The translations under genes and the position numbers were made by a program. A stretch of 64,000 bases of DNA from Saccostrea echinata (Eukaryota), in the NCBI RefSeq assembly GCF_033153115.1, contig NW_026889803.1:1240001-1304000 (forward strand). Direction: 5' to 3'. Of the stretch, positions 13,392 to 24,700 are shown one piece after another. The notes under the pieces are model-generated. The model was not told where the DNA came from and searched no databases. It saw only the letters and a program-made list of their open reading frames with translations. How positions within the stretch are numbered: the stretch's first letter is position 1; each line of letters begins with the position of its first letter.

Positions 13392-16300
13392 ATGAGGAAC
13401 AGAAAGCAAATGGTATATAAGTTGTCAGAAGTCCAAAAAGGAAACGGAACTGGACCAGATAGGAAAGAGGTGTGTCCCAGCAGGTGCCCCCCAAAGGGAG
13501 GAACGTGTGACTGTGGTCTAGATAAATTCCTCCCGAGGTGGGCTCATTGGATTGTCTGTTTTGTCACAATGTGTGTCCGGATCCATTACATTGGTCAGCC
13601 TCAGAGCTTGTGGATTCTACACCCAGATGAAATATTTCAAACAGTAGAAGGTATGAAGAAAAACAAGGGGGTTTATACAGAGAAAACAGCGAATTTATTG
13701 TATCCATATTAGAGTGTAAATGTCTTTTGGCTTGTATTTCACGCCCAATTTATCATACAGAATAAACGACTGGCTATTATATTTCTCTAACTAATGGCCT
13801 GTATGTGACAGCGACCCTATATTTCCAGTTGGTCAAACACGACAAGAACAGAGGTAAATTCTTACTTAGCCGAGGTTATGTATGTATTTAAACCAGAATA
13901 AGTCTGTCGATTCAACCATTACATTTAATAAATTATGTACCCAGTAACAGTTATACTTGGTATATTATAGTTTGTACAGTAGGCATCGATCAAGTGAAAT
14001 GGTATATTTGAAAATCGATCTTCACCATGGTAAAGTTCTGGTCTATTCTGTAGATCGTTAATTTTGGAAGACTGAAATGAAGTCTACAAAAAAAATCAAT
14101 TTAGATGACATTGAAAGATGAGATATTTATAAAGTTTGTTAAGGTTCTATTTCTGGGAAAAGGAATTACATGTATTGTAATGTCAATAAATTCGCAGTAT
14201 TTAAAAATTACCAAGAAAACAATTATGCCCTACTGTTTGTACAGAGATGATCTAATTATTTCTAATGAGGTTTTCTTCATCGGTCCTATGTACCGGTAAT
14301 ATCAAATACAAGATTTCAGAACTTAACATATACTTTCATTTCGAAAACTAGAGCTTAAAAGATAAAAAGAACTGTTTAAGGAAGCTCTAAACACTAACAA
14401 AAAATGCCTTTTGGACATTGCATTGAGTAAAAATGTATCACATGGCACCTGCCTTATTTCCGCAGGAAAATTGTACAAAGACAATGGACTATTCGTTAAC
14501 AGAATTCACTGTTGTTGACTTAAATTGTGAAAATTTATGGAAATAATGAATTCAATTACTTATTCTTGGTCTAATATAATGTTTAGAATATTTAATTTAT
14601 TACAAATTGTGAAATTAATTGTAAATAACAATTTTTATATCATACTTCTTAGGGAAGATCACTCTAACTACATAAAACTACCTTAACGTAGACCTCTCTA
14701 GCGTGCATTGTTTAGAGCTTCCTTAATAATGTCTTAAACTACTTTTGTACTCGTCATTGAATGTTTTTATTTTTTTATGCAGTTGCCTTCTCTGAGTACC
14801 ACGGCTATGGTTTCCGATTTTATGACTATCTTCCTCCGCCAACCAATGCAACTTCTGTCGAAGAGCAGGAGCTTCTGTCTGGGATGTTTAGCCTACGGTC
14901 GTTCCTGCTGCCCAGAATTTACATGCTCATGTTCGCCACTGCAGACTTCCTGGGGTTCCAACTTAAACCGTTGATGGTACATTTTATAAATATTGCATGT
15001 AGTTGAAAATGAAAATACATTGAAAATTCTCACCCCAAGAAAACCATTGTCAACCGAGGCGCAGCCGAGGTTGACAATGGTTTTCGAGGGGTGAGAATTT
15101 TCAATGTTACACTCAACTACATGCAATATTTATTATATTATACTGAATGTTTTATACAAATTCATATAACAGTGAACCTTGCGCGCATAAATTCTGCGCG
15201 GTCGCTATTTTTTGGAATAACACCCGTCGTCAAGCAATGTTGACTGTTGCTACGCTGGAGGGTGTGGCTTCATCATTCAGCGGGCAATAGTGTTTTTTAA
15301 CAAATATTTCTCGACGAATCAGATTCAACTAATTTACATGAAAGTATAATATTAAGAAATATCAATGATAATATAAAAATGATATACGTTTCTTATTTCT
15401 AAGAAATTAAGTTCATATAATTCTTCGACTTTTTTATCAGTAAGGTTATAAATCTTTTTTTTCCCTAGATTGCAAGAACAGGTCATGTGATTGTGACTTC
15501 ATTTCTACCATTGGCAGTTTATTATTTTGTGAGGAGATTGTATCCATGTGTATTGACAAGTCAATTAACCGCGATCTTCACTGCTTGCTCACTTCCTCTA
15601 TCCGTCCTTGGGACGCATGCGCTAGACAATAGTCTTCTTAGTCCCTTTGTGATCACCTTTTTGACACCGTTACTTGGATTCTTTCTAGACAGTAGATATA
15701 ATCCAACATCTGCTATGTTGGCTTCTTATGCCAGTAACCAAAATGGTCATGCAAACATTACAAAGAGCGAAAATACAACAAAAAGCGAAAATGCATCTAC
15801 AAGCGAAAATGGAACAGAGGACCAAATACTAAAGAAGACATCAAGGGTTAGATTCCTTGGAATATCTCAATCAATGATATATCTTTTCAGTGGATTCATA
15901 CTGGGTATTGCTTGTTACATTCGTATTGATTCGGTTATTTTCATTGGTACACTTCTAGTCACGTATCCATTGATATTTATTCAAGTAAATCAGTTGATGA
16001 GTTCATTTATAATGGCTTTTCTTGCTGGGAGTGGATTTCTTGCAGCTGTTTGGGTGGGTGGATATGAAGATTTGTACAGATACGGCAGCATGTTCATATC
16101 ACCTTTTCAATGGATGAACTTCAATTTAAAAAACAGTTTACCCTCCACTTTCTTTGGCGCCCAGAAGCCGTTAAAATTTCTCATGGAAATATTCTTTACC
16201 GATATATTTTCATCTCTCTTTATTATTTTAGGAATTATTGGATTGTTCGTGGGATTTTTCAGACAGTCAAGTAGAAGAACAGCTAATTTGGAGAACATTA

Positions 16301-17316
16301 TTACAGTCGTTCTGATATTTTTAACCATTTTACAATTTGCATCCCATTTCCTAATGAAGCAGCTGGAAACAAGACATCTACATAATGTCATTGTGTTAGT
16401 GTTAATTGTATGTGCCTGTTCTTTTCATCATAATCTTGCATTACTGAGACAAAGTATTCTCAAGGAAGAGCATCTGAAAGTGTTACTAGTTTTCTTTCTC
16501 GGGCTTTATGCTTTGAATTCTTATAGTATGTATCCATCGCCCAGTTCATCATTAGATAATCCATGGACATATCCACGAATGAAAGAGTCCAGGGACGTTA
16601 ACTCGTGTCTTCAGTTCGTTAGTCACCGTAGCAACGTGACTGGTGTATTTGTGGACAGTAGTTTATATCTTACACATGGATACACCATTATTAATCACAA
16701 CGTACCTTTACTTATTCTCATCCACAACGAATACCATGAGTACAGAAGTAGGGATTTTCTACTTATTTCACATCATGAATTCCATATAACTGAACACATA
16801 CGAATAATGAATCGTTTTACAGACTTTGTATACAAAAATAATGAATTTTACTTGAAAAAAATAATGCTTGGAAGAACAGAATATAATTATGTGATCTGTG
16901 ATAAAATAAGGGCTGCAATATTCATTGAGTTGGGATTTCAGCCTATATATACAACAGAAGGTTTTTTGACTTTATATCGCAATCTCAATGAAAAAGAAGC
17001 GAGAAAGAGTATCTCCTTGTCTAGGTCCATGGTTTCGGGAGAAAATGCAACACTGCTTGAGTACGAAGGAAGCTGGCTTTACACCGCATCAGAATTTGAC
17101 GTAGCTGCAGAGAGACTCGAAAAATGTTTGGAAACCAATGACTCGAGATGGAGGCCGTACCAGTTATTGGGGATGTCTTATGTCAAAATGAAGAAATGGG
17201 ATCTAGCAAAGGATGTGGAAAGAAGGTGTTTCCAGAGACACGGAGAACGAACATGTAGACAAAAACAAGCCAGGATCATCCTAGATGAGGATCACGGCCA
17301 TATTGGTGGTGTATGA
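13392..17316 (+). CDS. GT22 (ALG9/PIG-B/PIG-Z family) dolichol-P-mannose mannosyltransferase-like membrane protein with C-terminal TPR-like region, 3 exons, ~766 aa
   Basis: Exons 13392-13650, 14783-14976, 15469-17316 are phase-consistent. Motifs HPDEIFQTVE and SLRSFLLP resemble the PIG-B/PIG-Z luminal loop motifs; many hydrophobic TM segments; helical repeat-like C-terminus (AAERLEKCLE...RPYQLLGMSYVKMKKWDLA). Start codon choice uncertain. Confidence 0.75.
14380..14722. mobile_element. TTAA-targeting MITE (Kolobok-like GG...CC termini) in intron 1 of the GT22 gene
   Basis: TTAA|GGAAGCTCTAAACA ... TGTTTAGAGCTTCC|TTAA: perfect 14-bp TIR plus TTAA. Confidence 0.8.
14988..15350 (+). mobile_element. 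Interspersed ~360-bp element beginning with a ~140-bp hairpin (copy 1)
   Basis: Palindrome 14988-15131 centred on AACCGAGGCGCAGCCGAGGTT; highly similar second copy at 54772-55133. Confidence 0.85.
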
Positions 17317-20300
17317 ATCGTTTTTGATGAAAAAAAAAACCTATTAATGCTTGATGTTTAAATGTTTAGTCGGATATGTTGTCTGCATTTGTATAAGTTA
17401 TTGATATTTTATTGTGTCATTATAACTTTATAATAAACATCAAACGAAACTTCTGACATATCCAACAAACTAATTACGGACTTGGACATTAGCTAGCAAG
17501 AAAGAAATTCATTTTGAGAAAATTGGTAAAATTATTCAATACATATGAAAGACGTGAGCAACAAACGCAAAATAATTTTTTATCTTTATTTGCCTCAGTA
17601 TTAATTTTTTACAATTATTGCTGTTTTTTTATGTCAATACGATGATTTAGCCATGTGAGGAGTACAATATTCACCGATCCCGAAGGGATAGGAATTATAT
17701 GTATTCAATTATAAAATAAATATATGTGCCGACAGCACTTTCGGTAGAAATGTTAGGCCTAGGCCATTAAGCAAAAGCCGCGCATGATTAAGACTTTAAT
17801 ATATTTATTATTATATGATTGAATAATTCCTAGCTCTGAATGGCTGAGATCTATCTTTACAGAAATCATATACTTAGCTTTGATCACCTTCTCTAGACCC
17901 TCCAGATGAACATAACATTTATTTTGTTCTTCCCCATATTGGACCAAAAACAGACCGAATCATCCAAATTCATACAGTTAGTTATGCAAAATTTATGTAT
18001 ACCTGCACCCGAACTTCCATTTTTTCCTATATTGGACCCAAGAGACAGATCAAGAAATTATGTTTATTTTACTCCCTTTTCTCTCACTGAGTTTGGCTAT
18101 ATAGGAATTCAACAAATGTAAACAATCAAGAAAGACGGCAAGGTTTGCCTGACAAGTTTGTATCATTGAATAATATAATAGAACAACTGTAGATGTTTTT
18201 TTCAGTCAATACAATGATTTATCTTTGACCCTAGAAGTACAATACTCACCTTGTCCTTCAGGCTTGGTGAATATTTTACTACTCTGGTAGCTAAATCGTC
18301 TTATAAATCTCACAAAACAGCAGTAATTGCTTAATTCTGGAACACTAAACTACTGTAAATTATTTACAGTAGTAAATTAATATATTTTATTATGCGTTTA
18401 CAATATTTGGTTTGATTTTTCAACAAGCTGGCGTCGATCTGATTTAGAGCTTATTGAATGTGGTTTATATGAATATATACACAAGACATGCATTTAGCGA
18501 TGTACTTGATTGAGCGGAATATGCTTTCCGCGAAAGGCGGTAAATAAAAAGCACAGCCAAATGTACGTTTACAGTAACTGCATGGTGAATGAAGAAAGTA
18601 TGCATGTACTTATGTTAGATTATTTCCGGTACAATTTGAAGCTGAACTTATATTACATGCATCTGTTTGATTTTAGATTTCCCAAATAAAAAAACAAACA
18701 AACAACAAAATTACGCGTAATTAATGCAATAATTTTTCAGAAAATGGTGAAATAGTTCAACTCCTGTAAATTTTATATAATTTTTCCAATTAATGAACTT
18801 CTTCCTCAACCATTGTGTGCACGGGTTAATGACTGGTTGGTATTATTGAGTTTCAATCCTTGGGTGGATGGAGCTATTAGTTTGTATAGAAGATTTTTTT
18901 TCTTTGGTTGGAGGGAGTGTATTCTTTTTTTATTTTTTAGGAAGTCAGTAGGAACCAGGAGAATGGGCAATACGGCGTCGTGCCCCCCCCCCCCCCGATT
19001 TTGTCGACATCTATAGTATACTATAGAAAACAAAGCTACTTCTCAATAATTACACCCGGTGAACTTTTTTTTCTTGTCGAAGAATTTTTATTTTGTAGTC
19101 CTCCCCCTAACTGAAATTGCTTCCTACGGGCCTCGTGAGAACCTCTCAGTTGTCACAACTCGGAAAGAGTCTTAATTGCCTACTTTGGATCCCCTTGATG
19201 GACTCCATGCAATATCAAAGAAACGGTATTATAAGCTCCGTTTTTATCAACACCAGGTACTTAACAAACCCTCTGCTACATGTACATGCATGGTGAAAAG
19301 CTAGACAGTTAAGGTGAATATCGTGTTTTCATTTTTTTTTTAAGTTTTCTTAATTTTATTGGGGGGGGGGGGGTCTGACTGTCAGCAAAATATGCTAGAA
19401 TGTTGCACACAGGTTTCAATAAAATTTTAGAAAAGCTTAAGATGAGAATGAAATGATCTGAGTTTGAAATGAATCCGGTTTAAAATGTTGAATTTTCATA
19501 TGATATCGCCGACTGATTGCATATCTCACAAACACCTACGGATTCCATAAAATATGTGAAATTTTATGATGTGATAAAGAGAGAAAATACTCTTGAATTT
19601 ATAGATTTTCAGGAACATTTGGTATTAAAGATACAGATTTATTAATAACACTGGCGAATGTATGTATACTTTCTGAATGCCCAACAGGTGCTAAAGGTGT
19701 AAAATATATACATATGATGTACATGTATATAGTCCAAGCGAAATCTGCAAGTAGATATGCACCCACAATGAGGAATCCGGGGTCCACTCGTGGTCATGGG
19801 ATCCTGTGGTCCCACGATTACGAGTAGACTCAGGACCCCGACCTTGTGAGGATGATAGACATGTGGGCAAATCCTACACTGTATTACAAATATTACTACA
19901 TGTATATACATGTATTTGCATTAAAAAGATACATATACATACTTGTATATACATAATACTTGTATGTACATCACCCTTGTAATCCACAGACCTGTACTTG
20001 TGGACAGACACTGGTTCTACGATGACCCCCCCCCCCCCCCCACCTAAATGATTTCTTAAAATTATTCTTTTATATAATTTTCTTTATTTTTTTTTTTATC
20101 TCTAACCACTTCCTCTACATATCCCTGTTCAAAAATCACTTTAAATTTTTAAAAATTATGACCCAGATTCAAATTTTAATAAGATACGAACGTTACCTCT
20201 AAATGTAAAGAGAAAAGGTAAGCAACTTCGCTAAATCTTCATGTCAACTATTTTCCTTGTTTCTATGATATTTTTCCCACCTGAAAACTCAAATATACAT

Positions 20301-20841
20301 ATATCTCTTTTTAAATATGTAGGGGTAACGACTGTTATTAAAATTTGTATCTACCTCGTCATGAGTGAATGAGTGATATTATCAGGAACACGTAGAAGAT
20401 GTGGAAAGAGATAACCCAAAAAATATATAAAGAAAAGAAATTAATTCATTAAGAAAGAATTAATCATAAAATTATTAAAAGGGTGGGTTGCATCGTAGAA
20501 GCAGGTTTGCCTGTCCGTGCAAGTATCTGTGTTATAACCTGCAACCAGGGACCTATATACTAGTACATAGGTCCCTGCTGCAACTAAAGTGATCGAGGCA
20601 TAAAGATATTTTTTTTTTCAAATCGATGGGGGCAGAAAAAAATAAATGACATGAAAAAGAGAAGCTTAAGAAAAAATCTACAGGATATAAAATTTCAAGC
20701 ACTAAAAAATACAGGCTCAAACTATCCGGAAATTGTGTGTTTCACCGTTATCGACACTGGGCATTACTTTTAGAGAGGCGTTCCGAAAACTCCCATCGGA
20801 AATGGGATAACTACAAAGGTTTTACGATTGCGTTTTTATTG

Positions 20842-20849
20842 TGACGTCA
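20842..20849. promoter_or_regulatory. Palindromic CRE site (TGACGTCA) in the probable aldolase promoter
   Basis: Exact TGACGTCA just upstream of candidate non-coding first exons (donors AAG|GTAATT at 20925 and CAG|GTATGT at 21148). Confidence 0.45.
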
Positions 20850-21254
20850 GTCAGCCGGTTTGCAGTGAACCCGAAGGACATAACAATCCAGGAACGGTTA
20901 GTCTTTTGACAGTTAGCATAAAAGGTAATTATTTCATCGTAAATTGCTTGCAAATTATACTTTGAGAAAACCCCCAAAGTTCTGCGATTTTGGCAGAAAT
21001 TGTAAAATACGAGAGTGGGTCGGTTGTCCTTGACACATTCACGACTCTGCAGGCTGAATATTTACGGTTGTACGTGCCAAGGTTGTTTCAAGGAACTTGA
21101 GTTTGTTGATCTGTATATTCAATCTAGTTTCTTTGACTTTGTATCAGGTATGTTCATGTATTGACAAGTGCACCATATTTTCAGACAGAAAACTCGTTAG
21201 GTTTCATCCAGGAAGACTTGTCTTGCCTATTACTCATTGATTTCCTGTTAGTGG

Positions 21255-21480
21255 TGTAGTATCTGTGCGACTGTCCCGTGGTACGACTTACTGACGAGGC
21301 TACGTCAGATGGCGGGACAGTCGCACGGATCTCTTTCAGCGCCAAGATGTCAGACGGACAAGACGTGCTGCAGAGACGGTGAGTCAGCCCGGGCCAGAAC
21401 CCACTACAGAGTATATTGTATATTTGTATATAGTGATAATAAATATTGTTATAAGTACTATACCCCCGGCAGTTACTTTA
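21255..21480 (+). repeat. 5' LTR
   Basis: TGTAGTATCT...AGTTACTTTA; identical to 29057-29282 by eye; AATAAA at 21438. Confidence 0.95.
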
Positions 21481-21481
21481 C

Positions 21482-21501
21482 TGGCGCCCAACTCGCGGGG
21501 C
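21482..21501 (+). other. Primer-binding site, tRNA-Lys type
   Basis: TGGCGCCCAACTCGCGGGGC, 1 nt after the LTR; first 11 nt match the canonical Lys PBS TGGCGCCCAACGTGGGGC. Confidence 0.8.
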
Positions 21502-21736
21502 CCGGTGCTAGATTCCCGTACTGCTGTCAGGAAAAATTTTTTTTTTTTTTTTGGCATTGTTTTTAGCCGCCATTTTTGGTGCTGAGAGCACGTGTGATAG
21601 TTGCAAATTTTTTTTTGATTCTGATGCAATAATTTTTTGAATCAACTGGAATTAATTTGTGTATATATTTATTGCAAGTGATTTAGTGATTTTGTAGACT
21701 GTGATTTTATTTGAAAACTATTTTGTACCATTTATT

Positions 21737-24700
21737 ATGAATATGTCCCTGGAGGAAGCCGTGTCGGCTTTAGGTATGGGTAGTGACCCGGCTATCACGC
21801 GGTCAGACAATATCACCCCTCACACTCCGGGTAGGGTGGGGGGATACCCCGGGGAGGGGGGTTATTCGCCATACGCTTATAGCGGGAGTGAGCATTTTGC
21901 CTCCCGTCACACACCTTTTGCTCAGTCAATGTCAGGCCACATGGGAGGGGGGTTGCCCCTGGGGGGTCCCTCTACACCTATGCCCGGCCTGCACTCGGGC
22001 ATCCCCTGTGGGGAGGGTAGTGTATTTCATGGAGAGTCAGGAAAAGAGGTAAGGTTTGCCCAGCCTCAATTTGGCTCACCAGGGATGATGTCAAGTGACT
22101 CCCTGGTGTCCTCTCTAGGTAGCCTGTGTAGGTGTAGCTCACCTGGTAGCACTGTGGGTTGTACCCACCCTAAACAAGAATATAGTGAGGCCCCTTCAAA
22201 TTCAGGGTTAGAGCATCCATATTCTTTAGGGCATGTGCATTCAGTTAGTAGCCACCCTGTCCTTGTGGGAGACATAGCTAACCTGGGGGGCCCTGCTACT
22301 ATGGGTTATAGACCAAGCCGCTTGGGTGAGGTTGTACCACACCCACTTGACCCCGCCCTTCCGTCCCATACACCGTGTGCTAGTCAGCAACCTGAGAGGC
22401 CTGTGAGGCCCGCACAGCTCACCTCCGAGTATGATCGTCAACATGTGAGGCCCGTAGATCCTGTAGGGCTCACCTGGGACCCTGCACCCATACAGAGCCA
22501 ACCTAGACTAGCAGATTTTGGTGCGCCCTCTCTCCCTGGGGATGATTTGCAACCCCGGAGCTCAATGCCACGCACTATATCTGCCCCAGCCCCTGTAAAT
22601 GTTGGAGTGTCCCCAGCAATGGTTCATTCACAAGTAAATCCTTTAGACACTGGTGTGACTGCTGCAAGACCCCACCCTATATCATTGTATGCTAGTTCCT
22701 CAAGCACACCTTACCATGCGCCCCAATCAGTGTACATCAATCCTGGGGGTAGGCATGCCCAACCCCCAGTACCCGACCACGCCCATTCTGTGTTGTATCG
22801 AGGCGAGAGTACTCCAGCCACACTCCATGGTATGGCTATGCCCAGTGCACTGCAGCACCATAGTGTTCCTGTGTCAATGACTTGTAGTCTTGCCCATCCC
22901 AATACCCCAGCCTGCCATTTTGGAAGGGAGGGGGAGAGGATAGCACATGTTCAACCTAACATGTATGGGGCAGCCCATCCGGGATACTATGCTAGTCAGT
23001 CAGTCCCGGCTAACCAGGCTTGCAACTTTAGTACACCAATACATTATGGCTCACCTGGTTACCAGGGCACCACACCATACCCAGGTAGGGCAGCCACTGG
23101 GGGTAAGCCCCGGTATAAGGACCTTAGGTATGATGGTAAGACCAGCTGGAAGGCATTTTTGCACAAGTTCGTTAGATTATCTCGCAGCCAGCTATGGACA
23201 GAGGAGGAGCAGCACGACCAGTTTTGTTTCTGCCTTGAGGGGGCAGCAAGCGAATACTATACCTTGCTGTTGGAAACCAGTAGCCAGCTCTGCCTAGGTG
23301 AGATCTTGCAGAGATTTGAGAAGCGTTTTGGCTCCTCTGCCCCCGATCTCACTCATCAACTCAACTTCCAGGCTGCCAATCAGAATCCAGGAGAGTCACT
23401 TCGTCAGTGGGCAGACAGGGTGCTGACTTTGGCGACACGAGCCTTCCCTTGTGTGCCGGACGTGCACACACACGCCATACCTAGGCTATGTTATGGAGCC
23501 GAGGACCGAGACGCTGGCCTTTACGCACTCGATGGGCATCCCAGGACCGTGGATGAAGCCGTGGAGCGAATGCAGTTCTACCAGCACTCCCGGCTACATA
23601 GGCCTAAGACCAAGAAAGAGCTGCGGAAGGTGATCTCTGATGAGGATGCCGAACAGGACGATCCCGGGACGGTAAATGTTGCTGCTGGGGAGGAGCTGGA
23701 AGCCCTCCGGAGCAGAATGGAAAAGCTGGAACAAGCTGTTAAGCAGACAGGATCTGCCCCCCTCCCTAAACCCCAGTGGACTGGTACCCTGCCACCCAGA
23801 TTGGCAGAGCGAAACCCGAAGTCCACTGTGTGTTTTAAGTGTGGAGAGGTGGGGCATTTTCGTAGAGATTGCCCCACCCAAGCTGCTGGGAAGTTAGTAG
23901 CTACTGATGGGCCGCGGGGCGGAGCCCGGATGAAGGGACCCCTTGGTGAGAGGTATCGTAGGCCAGAGTCCCAGGAGAGGGGACCTAGAAGTGGAAGGCC
24001 TGGATCCCAGGGAGGGCCCTCCCAGGCAGTTCGATTTATGAACCCAGAGCAGTCCCCAGAGAGGACAGACTCGGAGAGTAAGGAGCAGGGGGCTAGTCAA
24101 CCCCCTTCCTGTATGCGGCGTAGGCGCAAGCGGCGCAGGCTAAGGGTCCGCTTTGAGACGCCCCAATCGCCGGAGCTATTCTCAGCTGAGGAGGAAGAGG
24201 CATCCTTGGACGAGGAAGTGGGGAAGCTTGTGGCCCCCCACTCCACTCCGGAGCCACTTGGACCAGCTCGGGATAGGACTAGGAAGTTCCAGGGCTTTTG
24301 GAGGACCAAGCCTGGTGGCTCTGGTCAGAGGTCACCAGAGGATGAGGGGAATGAGCCCACTATACCTATTGGACAGCTGCGCCCATCTACGGGGTTTTCT
24401 GTTGGTTTACTTGTGCAAGGCACACGGGTGAGTGCTGTGGTTGACACGGGGGCTGAGGTCAGTGTTTTGTCGACTCAGGTTTATGACCAGCTAGAGCCCA
24501 AGCCCCCGATACGAAGACATGTTACTATGACTCAGGCGGGTAAAGACACCAAGTTGAAAGGTTTCATAGTGGGACCCGTGGCAGTGAGCATAGGAACACA
24601 GACTCACGAGGTTGACCTTTATGTCGCCCCCTTGCAGGACCCCATGTTGCTGGGCATGGAGTTTCTTCATGCCCGGAAGGCTCAATTAGATTTAGAGCAT

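Noticed and set aside
21291-21310. Hammerhead ribozyme in the LTR (CTGACGA core-like)
   Set aside because: No downstream GAAA or stem III on either strand; CTGACG simply pairs with CGTCAG.
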